IMG/VR virus record: IMGVR_UViG_3300023110_000008
Source: an uncultured virus (IMG/VR IMGVR_UViG_3300023110_000008)
Taxonomy: Duplodnaviria > Heunggongvirae > Uroviricota > Caudoviricetes
DNA: 64,000 nucleotides
Direction: 5' to 3' (one strand)
The notes under the pieces were generated by a model, which saw only the letters and a program-made list of their open reading frames with translations, was not told the origin of the DNA and ran no database searches. The position numbers were made by a program, and so were the translations under genes. Shown one piece after another: positions 22,302-29,999 of the stretch (the stretch's first letter is position 1; the number at the start of each line of letters is the position of its first letter).

Positions 22302-24077
22302 ATGGCGACAGGCTCACAGAAAGTAAAAACCCCCTCAGGTTGGAATTCAACCCAAGGTGCATGGGTTAAAACTGCTTCAAACACTTGGAAAGATGTAGAT
22401 CAAATTTACATTAAAACTCCTAGTGGGTGGAATAACGCATCAGGTCAACAACCTACACAACAACCATATCCTTATATTGCTAATAGACAGAATCCATTTA
22501 TAAGAGATGCACAACAGCCGTATCCTTATATTGCTAATAGACAGAATCCATTTATAAGAGATGCACAACAACCGTATCCTTATATTGCGAATGCTCAATC
22601 GCCTTATATTGCGAATGCACAAAACTCTGTATCATATAGACATCCTGTTAATGCACAGAATCCGTTTATAAGAAATAGACAAACACCAGCATTCTATAGA
22701 CATCCAGTAAATGCACAGAATCCGTTTATCAGAAACGCACAACAACCTGCTTCTTATCAACATCCTGTTAATGCACAGAATCCGTTTATCAGAAACGCAC
22801 AAACACCAGCTGGGTATAATCACCCTGTAAGTGCTCAGACTCCGTTTATAAGAAATAGACAAACACCAGCATCTTATCAACATCCAGTTGCTGCTCAAGA
22901 GCCTAATATTAGAAGCGGTCAAGAACCAAATATTAGGTCTGCACAAGAACCAAATATCAGAAACGCACAAACACCGTTTACGTATCAACATAGGTCACCA
23001 TTTACATATAGAGACCCAAGATCATATAGGGTGCCATTTACGTATCAACATAGATCACCATTTACATACCGTGATCCAAGATCATATCAGATACCGTTTA
23101 CGTATGCGTACAGATCACCATTTACATACCGTGATCCAAGATCATATAGGGTGCCATTTACGTATCAACATAGATCACCGTATACGTATAACCACAGATC
23201 ACCGTTTACATATAACCACAGATCACCGTTTACGTATAACCATAGATCGCCGTTTACGTATCAGGCAAGACAACCTAATAACGCAAGGACTCCATTTACA
23301 TTCCGTGCGCCGTTTACGTATCAGGCAAGACAACCTAATAACGCAAGGACTCCATTTACATTCCGTGCGCCGTTTACGTATCAGGCAAGACAACCAGTTG
23401 CTGCTAGACAACCTAATAACGCAAGGCAACCAAACAACGCAAGGCAACCAAATAACGCAAGGCAACCAAGTACTACACAACAAACAGCAAGATATCCATT
23501 TATCTTCCCAGCAGTGTACTTCTATCAACCGTTTGGTCCAATACCTGGTAACATTCCTGGAGGTGGCAAAGGATGTTTTGTTGCCGGCACAATGATATGG
23601 TTGGGCGATGGCAGTCATGTACCAATTGAAACAGTAGAAGTTGGTCAAGACGTAATGACTTGGAACGAAGAGACAAATAAATTAGAGATCGGTGTAGTCG
23701 AAGAGTTGATGCAACCAAGAGAAGTATCAATACATGAGATACATTTATCAGACGGTAGAATACTTGAAACAACTTCAGAACATCCATTTAGAACAATGAA
23801 TGGTGAATGGGGTGTTATCAACTTAGAGAAATTTAAAGAATTCCACAAAGAAGAAGGTGGAGATGAATTTGTAAATTCAGAAATCGCAGTCGGTGATCAT
23901 TTGATGACCATGACAGATGCTGTACTAGGTACAGAAATAGGACTAGAAATAATTAAAATAGAGGAGAAAGATTCACAACAGGTGTATAACTTGAAGAACG
24001 TTGGCGACAATCACAATTTCTTTGCAAATGGTGTATTAGCTCACAACTTCTTCTTCTTTAAACCATCACCTAAGTAA
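22302..24077 (+). CDS. Pro-repeat ribbon protein A with C-terminal Hint domain
   Basis: N-terminal VKTPSGW module, residues 55-389 Pro-delimited repeats, residues 425-582 Hint domain (CFVAGT...TSEHPF...VYNL...HNFFANGVLAHN). Confidence 0.85.
   Translation: MATGSQKVKTPSGWNSTQGAWVKTASNTWKDVDQIYIKTPSGWNNASGQQPTQQPYPYIANRQNPFIRDAQQPYPYIANRQNPFIRDAQQPYPYIANAQSPYIANAQNSVSYRHPVNAQNPFIRNRQTPAFYRHPVNAQNPFIRNAQQPASYQHPVNAQNPFIRNAQTPAGYNHPVSAQTPFIRNRQTPASYQHPVAAQEPNIRSGQEPNIRSAQEPNIRNAQTPFTYQHRSPFTYRDPRSYRVPFTYQHRSPFTYRDPRSYQIPFTYAYRSPFTYRDPRSYRVPFTYQHRSPYTYNHRSPFTYNHRSPFTYNHRSPFTYQARQPNNARTPFTFRAPFTYQARQPNNARTPFTFRAPFTYQARQPVAARQPNNARQPNNARQPNNARQPSTTQQTARYPFIFPAVYFYQPFGPIPGNIPGGGKGCFVAGTMIWLGDGSHVPIETVEVGQDVMTWNEETNKLEIGVVEELMQPREVSIHEIHLSDGRILETTSEHPFRTMNGEWGVINLEKFKEFHKEEGGDEFVNSEIAVGDHLMTMTDAVLGTEIGLEIIKIEEKDSQQVYNLKNVGDNHNFFANGVLAHNFFFFKPSPK
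23574..24047 (+). other. Hint (intein-like/BIL) auto-processing domain, no endonuclease
   Basis: Cys1 (tgt at 23574), block-B TxxH (TSEH), terminal His-Asn. The +1 residue is Phe. Confidence 0.9.
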
Positions 24078-24088
24078 TCTAAAGTAAA

Positions 24089-25219
24089 ATGGCAACAGGT
24101 TTTTATCCAGCAAATGCTCAAGGTATTACACAGGCTTCTGTTCCTGTGCAGACACCTTTTACTTTCCAGAATCCATTTACATTCCAGAATCCATTTACAT
24201 TCCAGAATCCATTTACATATCAGTCACCTTATATTGCAAATGCTAGACAACCTAATAACGCAAGGCAACCGTTTACTTTCCAGTCGCCTTATATTGCAAA
24301 TGCTCAACAACCTAATAACGCAAGGCAACCGTTTACTTTCCAGTCGCCTTATATTGCGAATGGTCAACAACCTAATATTAGATCAGCACAAGAACCTAAT
24401 ATTAGAAGCGGTCAAGAACCTAATATCAGATCAGCACAAGAACCTAATATTAGAAATGCTAGACAACCAGCAGCATATAGAGCACCTGTATCAGCACAAC
24501 AACCAGTAATTGGTAATGCTAGACAACCAGCAGGTTATAGACACCCTGTATCAGCACAAGAACCTAATATTAGATCAGCACAACAACCAGCAGGTTACAG
24601 ACACCCTGTATCAGCACAAGAACCTAATATTAGAGGCGCTAGACAACCTTCGACTTATCAACATAGATCACCGTTTACGTATCAACATAGGTCACCGTTT
24701 ACATATAACCATAGATCGCCATTTACATACCGTGATCCTAGATCATATCGTGTACCTAGCACATATCAACATAGATCGCCGTCTACATATCAAGACCCAA
24801 GATCATATCGTGTACCTAGCACATATCAACACAGATCACCATCTACATATCGTGATCCAAGAAGTTATAGAGTACCTAGCACGTATAACCATAGATCACC
24901 AAGTACTTACAGAGATCCTAGAGCATATCGTGTACCTAGCACATATCAACACAGATCACCAAGTACTTACAGAGATCCTAGAATAACACAATCGCCAAGT
25001 ACATATCAACATAGGCAACCTGTGACATATGCAAGACAAGGTCAAACTCCGTTTACCTATCAACATAGATCACCAAGTACATATTCTAGACAAGGTAGAA
25101 CTCCGTTTACCTATCAACATAGATCACCAAGTACTTACGCTACACAAGGTAGAACACCAGTGAATCGTTGGGACGGTGTATTGTCACAACAGTGGCCAGC
25201 ATCTCCAATTACGTCATAA
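24089..25219 (+). CDS. Pro-repeat ribbon protein B (mirror partner of A)
   Basis: Nearly all repeats; proline spacing is the exact reverse of protein A. Confidence 0.85.
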   Translation: MATGFYPANAQGITQASVPVQTPFTFQNPFTFQNPFTFQNPFTYQSPYIANARQPNNARQPFTFQSPYIANAQQPNNARQPFTFQSPYIANGQQPNIRSAQEPNIRSGQEPNIRSAQEPNIRNARQPAAYRAPVSAQQPVIGNARQPAGYRHPVSAQEPNIRSAQQPAGYRHPVSAQEPNIRGARQPSTYQHRSPFTYQHRSPFTYNHRSPFTYRDPRSYRVPSTYQHRSPSTYQDPRSYRVPSTYQHRSPSTYRDPRSYRVPSTYNHRSPSTYRDPRAYRVPSTYQHRSPSTYRDPRITQSPSTYQHRQPVTYARQGQTPFTYQHRSPSTYSRQGRTPFTYQHRSPSTYATQGRTPVNRWDGVLSQQWPASPITS

Positions 25220-25248
25220 ATATAGTTAAATAAACTATATTTTATATT

Positions 25249-26853
25249 ATGAGAAAATTAGAAACCTTAGAAGCCGTACAAGAAGCATTTCAAAATAGAA
25301 GATCACCATTTGGGCCAGATAGTGGCGATGAAGTCATTTTCATGGATCATTGTCATATTGGTAGTATCGAACTATCCAAAGACTACAAGGAAACTGAAGC
25401 ATATAAGTCTTTAGATTGGTTGATGAAGAATAAATTACCAAAACTAAAGCATGTTAAATGGAAAGAAGCTTCTAAATTGATAGACGAAAGATTATACGAT
25501 TATTCTGATACAACAAAATTACAACCGTTTAATCAATTACAACATCAAGCATATGTCTATCAATATTATTTGCAGTACGGTTATACTGAAAAACCTGAAA
25601 CACCAATACCTGGTCATTCTGGCTTTGATTTCAAAAACCGAAATGATGAATATCAAAAGATAACAGACTATACAAAATATGTTTTTGGTGCAGAAGGCCC
25701 AACTGAAAGACAATTAGAAATCAATAATTCAACTTATTATCACAGTGCTAAAGCACACTGGTTAATTGATAGTATCAAACATGAAGGCCTTTGGAATCCA
25801 ATCCAAGGTGTAGTGAACAAACCTTCTTCAGAAGAAGAACGATACACTCTTAGAATACATCCAGGTTCTGTAAGATCAGCAGTATTTGAAATGATAGATG
25901 ATCCAGATATGGAAATGTTTGTATGGGATAAGTTTGATTTATTTGATTCAGAAGTTCTATCAGCTGAACAAGTAATTGAATTATGGAAAGCCTTTGTTGA
26001 AAAGAAAGATAAACCAACACATCTTTCATTTACATATACAGAGGGTTTTATAGAAATGCATAGTGCTTTTGCTGATATCGGTTTTAGAAGTACAGTTACA
26101 GACTTCAATAAAAACATTATGAAAATGGCAAAAGGCAAACCTATATCAATCTATGTGGGTTACGATAGTCGTCATGGTGATCTTGCTGAAACAAATGTTA
26201 AGTTGCTTCAAAAAGGAATTGAATATGGTTTTGGTAAAGGTGACATGTATGAATTTATAAAAGACTGGCAACCTAATATTAAGATACTAGATGTATCAAA
26301 GATACCTGAATACACTAGAGAGTATGCTAATCAATCAACAGAGTTTACATATAGTAGATTCTTAATACCTTACCTAGAAAATTATGAAGGTTTCAGTATC
26401 TTCTTAGATGATGACATATTGTTTAGTAAGTCTATACTACCACTATTCTATTTCTTAGACCCAAAAGATGCTATTGCTTGTGTACAATACGATTTCGAAA
26501 ATCATAGTGATACTAAATTTGATGGCGAAAAGAATGTTTCTTATCCTAAGAAATTGTGGTCTAGTCTTATGGTATTCAATAATGCACACGAAGACTGTAA
26601 GAAGTTAACACCAGAAGTAGTGAATACAGAGTCAGGAAAGTATTTACATCAATTTGAATGGACAGACAAGATCAGTAGAATACCACCTAGACATATTATA
26701 ACTGAAGGATATGAAACACATTTAGACAAACCACATGCTTTAGCAATTCACTGGACACGTGGTGGCCCATGGATAAAAGACATGGATACCAGTGATATAA
26801 ATATGTTAGACGTATATGAAAGAGCGTATGCGAGAGCGAATAAAGTCTCTTGA
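25249..26853 (+). CDS. Two-domain protein: ParB/Srx-like N-terminal domain fused to a GT-A glycosyltransferase
   Basis: C-terminal QSTEFTYSRFLIPYL..YEG.SIFLDDD, YPKKLWSSLMVFN, YLHQFEW and IHWTRGGPW motifs. N-terminal LIDSIKHEGLWNPIQG...IHPGSVR. Confidence 0.7.
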   Translation: MRKLETLEAVQEAFQNRRSPFGPDSGDEVIFMDHCHIGSIELSKDYKETEAYKSLDWLMKNKLPKLKHVKWKEASKLIDERLYDYSDTTKLQPFNQLQHQAYVYQYYLQYGYTEKPETPIPGHSGFDFKNRNDEYQKITDYTKYVFGAEGPTERQLEINNSTYYHSAKAHWLIDSIKHEGLWNPIQGVVNKPSSEEERYTLRIHPGSVRSAVFEMIDDPDMEMFVWDKFDLFDSEVLSAEQVIELWKAFVEKKDKPTHLSFTYTEGFIEMHSAFADIGFRSTVTDFNKNIMKMAKGKPISIYVGYDSRHGDLAETNVKLLQKGIEYGFGKGDMYEFIKDWQPNIKILDVSKIPEYTREYANQSTEFTYSRFLIPYLENYEGFSIFLDDDILFSKSILPLFYFLDPKDAIACVQYDFENHSDTKFDGEKNVSYPKKLWSSLMVFNNAHEDCKKLTPEVVNTESGKYLHQFEWTDKISRIPPRHIITEGYETHLDKPHALAIHWTRGGPWIKDMDTSDINMLDVYERAYARANKVS

Positions 26854-26878
26854 AATTTAACACACACAAGTGTATAAT
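26850..26878 (+). promoter_or_regulatory. Sigma70-like promoter TTGAAA-N17-TATAAT
   Basis: Near-consensus hexamers with a 17-nt spacer. Confidence 0.5.
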
Positions 26879-26887
26879 GAGGTAATT

Positions 26888-27439
26888 ATGAATATGTTAA
26901 TTTATGATGAAAACAGTAATCTAATCATTAGAAAACCAAATGGATTAGAATACTCTTTCGAAAACACAGATAGACCAAATCTTGGTTTTGAATATGATGT
27001 ATTGGTGTACGATGACATCGAAGTTAAAATTGAGAAATGGGAAGAAGATAAATGTTTTAACGATCAGGTCAAAATAAATCTAAACTCAGATGAAATAGAT
27101 GCTATCGAAGAATATATCAATCAGTCTGAACCACCTGCTGGTGTTTCATTAAACAATCAGTATGCAAACAAACTATCTGATATGGCTCAAAACTATATCG
27201 ATGATCAAGTACAAGCATATGGTTTCCGTGATTTACTAGAAGTAACTATAGCAGGAAGAGAGGGCTCAAATCACCCTTTAAGATCAGATGCAAGAAGAGT
27301 TATGGAATATTCAGACGTTATATGGAATGTATACGTTAATGTATGTAATGAAATAGGCGAAACAAGAGAAGACACACTACAAGACTTTGAGTATTATTCA
27401 AATAATTTTCCATCACCTCAAAAGTCATTAATAGCATAA
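26888..27439 (+). CDS. Putative tail fibre assembly/chaperone-like protein
   Basis: ATG preceded by GAGG. C-terminal QNYIDDQVQAYGF...RSDARRVMEYSDVIW resembles helical fibre-assembly proteins. Confidence 0.45.
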   Translation: MNMLIYDENSNLIIRKPNGLEYSFENTDRPNLGFEYDVLVYDDIEVKIEKWEEDKCFNDQVKINLNSDEIDAIEEYINQSEPPAGVSLNNQYANKLSDMAQNYIDDQVQAYGFRDLLEVTIAGREGSNHPLRSDARRVMEYSDVIWNVYVNVCNEIGETREDTLQDFEYYSNNFPSPQKSLIA

Positions 27440-27440
27440 A

Positions 27441-28178
27441 ATGAGCCTGCTTGTAGAAAAGGTTGATTCTCCTTTTCATATTCAATCATTACCTTTAGAT
27501 AAAGTCTACATAATTGATAATTACTTAGAGACTTCTATATGGCATTGGATTAATCAAAGATTTACAAGCAGTAATATTTGGTCTAAAACAAATCAAGTGG
27601 GTAGCGAAAGCCCAACAGGATTACCTCACCATAGTTTTTGGGGTGCAAGTTTCTTCAAGGCTGATCGGGACAATAAAGATTTCGGATTTCACAATGTTGA
27701 AGGAGATATTGATAAGAAAGATTCTTATCCTGCTCACTATCTAAATAGAAGAATATGTACAGATTTCGGTTTCAAATGGAAAAGATTTCAGTACATGGGT
27801 TTAAACTCACAGACAATGGGTTGTCATGGAACAACTCATGCAGATTGTGATACTAATGATTCATGGAATTTATCTTTCTTATACTATTACAATACATATT
27901 GGAATCCCGAATGGGGTGGCACATTAAGATTATATGATGAACCTCAACAGGGTTTAGAAGGTAGAAACGAACATATTAAAAACCACCAAATCGCTGAAGT
28001 GGAGTTTGTACCAAATAGATTAGTAATGTTTGACGGCAGAATACCACACGGTGCAGATGCACCAAATGAAACTGCTAGATACATGGATAGAAGATCAATT
28101 GTTTTAAGAGGCGATGAAGTAGAGATAGGAGTTAGCGAAGAGTTTTATAATGCCAACGATAGACTTTATTACATATAA
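27441..28178 (+). CDS. 2OG-Fe(II) oxygenase (prolyl-hydroxylase-like)
   Basis: HxD (THADC), WNPEWGG, PNRLVMFDGRIPH and distal Arg (RRSIV). Confidence 0.8.
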   Translation: MSLLVEKVDSPFHIQSLPLDKVYIIDNYLETSIWHWINQRFTSSNIWSKTNQVGSESPTGLPHHSFWGASFFKADRDNKDFGFHNVEGDIDKKDSYPAHYLNRRICTDFGFKWKRFQYMGLNSQTMGCHGTTHADCDTNDSWNLSFLYYYNTYWNPEWGGTLRLYDEPQQGLEGRNEHIKNHQIAEVEFVPNRLVMFDGRIPHGADAPNETARYMDRRSIVLRGDEVEIGVSEEFYNANDRLYYI

Positions 28179-28998
28179 CGAGAAGACTCTCAGAGACTTT
28201 AAACCAGTTCTTGCAAAGAAATGGCATCCAGATTGGTGGAAAAGAATTAAAGTAAATGCAGTAGTACGTGGTGTTAATACTCAAACTATCAGAGCATGTC
28301 CTGCTATGGATGATTGGTTAAAGAGTGGTTGGTACCTACTTGCAAACAGAGACATGGAAGTTATCGTAGGTAACAATGCAAAAGACGGTGTAAGTACAAC
28401 AGACGTTAGAACTTTCGATCCTTCAGGAGAACATTACGCTTCACCTACACACCCCAAAGAACAATTTGAAAATGCTTTCGATTATTTTGGCGATGATGGT
28501 CCTGTCAAAGATGCATTTAAAATGAGAAACCCATGGAACATTATAACACCAGAGGGTTATTCATGTCTTTACTTAGACCCTTTCTTATTTCAAAATAGAT
28601 ACTTTGCTACATGGCAAGGAATTATCGATACAGATAAGTTCAATGTGAGCCAAGATAATTCACAAATAATTTTTTATCCTAGAGTTAATCATTCATTTAC
28701 TATAAAAAAAGGCACACCATTGTGTCAGGTTATTCCTTTTAAAAGAGAAGAATGGAATTCTACGTATACATTACGTAGTCCTAGAGAATTTCAGGACAAC
28801 AGAAGTTCAGTAACTTCACATGCAGAAATGATGTCTATGGATGAACAAGGTAGAAGAGAATACTCCGATGAATCAAGACTAAGGGGAACTAAACTTGGGC
28901 CATATAGAAACGAAGGTTATTGGCAAGAAAAAGGTAAATACTTCAAAGAAGATGAACCACCACCTGAATGTCCTTTTCATAATGAGGTAGAAGAATGA
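28150..28998 (+). CDS. Conserved phage protein (DUF6065-like beta fold), typically next to oxygenases
   Basis: TIRACPAMDD..SGW, TPEGYSCLY..PF, GIIDTD and IKKGTPLCQVIPFKRE motifs. Confidence 0.6.
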   Translation: MPTIDFITYNEKTLRDFKPVLAKKWHPDWWKRIKVNAVVRGVNTQTIRACPAMDDWLKSGWYLLANRDMEVIVGNNAKDGVSTTDVRTFDPSGEHYASPTHPKEQFENAFDYFGDDGPVKDAFKMRNPWNIITPEGYSCLYLDPFLFQNRYFATWQGIIDTDKFNVSQDNSQIIFYPRVNHSFTIKKGTPLCQVIPFKREEWNSTYTLRSPREFQDNRSSVTSHAEMMSMDEQGRREYSDESRLRGTKLGPYRNEGYWQEKGKYFKEDEPPPECPFHNEVEE

Positions 28999-29690
28999 GT
29001 GTAAAATTATTATTTCCTGCATTTGTTTTTCATAGAGATTTTTTAGGCAAAGATGCAGATAAAGAACCTACATTGATGAATGCAGAATACTTTGATCTCT
29101 TAAAAAGAGAGATTGATGGTATGCGAAAGAAAGATCCTGTTGGTCGAAAGATATCAAATGCATATACAGGTTGGCAATCAAATGATGGTTGCGATCAACA
29201 TCCAACTTTTATTAAATGTATAAGATCAATTAAACGTTTAGTCAGAGACGAGTTATTACCTTTCATGGGATTAAACAAAGATGCACACCGTGTTGATATG
29301 CATAACTCATGGGCTAACATTAATGACAATGGTGCATGGAACAGACCTCACTTACACAATGGTTGTTTCTATTCAGGTGTATTTTATATACATGCTGATG
29401 GTGACGAAGGCGATTTAACTTTCATAGATACAAATCATAAAGTTGCAGGAGCATTTCCTGGCAACAATAGAATGATTGAATCTTATCAGATACAACCTAA
29501 GACAGGTCACTTATACATTTTTCCTAGTGGGTTAATGCATATGGTCGAACCCAATCTAACAAACAAAGATCGATACAGTATATCTTTTAATTTAGATGTC
29601 AATTGCATGGATGATAAAAATTCACGAATTGGTTGGAATGATTCAAATTTTGAGTATGATATAGACGAAAGCGGCAACTTGATCCTATAA
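28995..29690 (+). CDS. Putative 2OG-Fe(II) oxygenase, TIGR02466-like
   Basis: GWQS, SWANIN, NRPHLH, YSGVFY, IFPSGLMHMVEPN and RYSISFN motifs. Confidence 0.8.
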   Translation: MSVKLLFPAFVFHRDFLGKDADKEPTLMNAEYFDLLKREIDGMRKKDPVGRKISNAYTGWQSNDGCDQHPTFIKCIRSIKRLVRDELLPFMGLNKDAHRVDMHNSWANINDNGAWNRPHLHNGCFYSGVFYIHADGDEGDLTFIDTNHKVAGAFPGNNRMIESYQIQPKTGHLYIFPSGLMHMVEPNLTNKDRYSISFNLDVNCMDDKNSRIGWNDSNFEYDIDESGNLIL

Positions 29691-29699
29691 ATAGATTAT

Positions 29700-29960
29700 A
29701 TGGAAATAGTTATAGACGCTCACATCATATGGAATGTACTTCTTACGTTTATATTAGCACCGATAGGTTTGCTAGTACGTAACATATTGTCCGAACAAAA
29801 AAGATTAGATATTTTAATCAATAAGACACGTGAAGAAGTAGCAAAAGAATATGTCACCAGAACTGAACTAGACAAAGATTTAGGTCGTATCATCGAAACT
29901 ATGGAGAGAATTGACGAAAAACTTGATAGACTCCAAACTAAAACATATTTCCAAGATTAG
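29700..29960 (+). CDS. Small single-TM coiled-coil protein
   Basis: N-terminal hydrophobic helix and KTREEVAKEYVT...IDEKLDRL. Late box at 29686-29693. Confidence 0.65.
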   Translation: MEIVIDAHIIWNVLLTFILAPIGLLVRNILSEQKRLDILINKTREEVAKEYVTRTELDKDLGRIIETMERIDEKLDRLQTKTYFQD

Positions 29961-29999
29961 AATTTGCATAAATAGTAGTAGCAGACAGGAATACTACTT

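Noticed and set aside
22722..23180. Intramolecular hairpin within protein A as the main structure
   Set aside because: A self-register (i+j=434) satisfies the word rules only for about residues 141-209 against 225-293 and then breaks. The A/B register spans ~335 residues. It may exist as a folding intermediate.
23574..24047. Mobile homing intein
   Set aside because: There is no endonuclease domain, the +1 residue is Phe, and it lies at the protein C-terminus. It fits a BIL/Hint processing domain better.
22440..24986. Long alternative-frame and antisense ORFs over the repeat genes (e.g. 22888-23595, 24114-24986, 22632-22991)
   Set aside because: Stop-free frames are an expected by-product of tandem repeats. 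They lack SD or promoter support.
22302..25219. CRISPR array or DNA-level inverted repeat as the explanation for the repeats
   Set aside because: Units are multiples of 3 with synonymous variation and no unique spacers. Paired words are not reverse complements at DNA level, and no cas genes are present.
12596..25219. Diversity-generating retroelement or invertible fibre cassette
   Set aside because: No reverse transcriptase, invertase or adenine-specific TR/VR pair is visible in this window.
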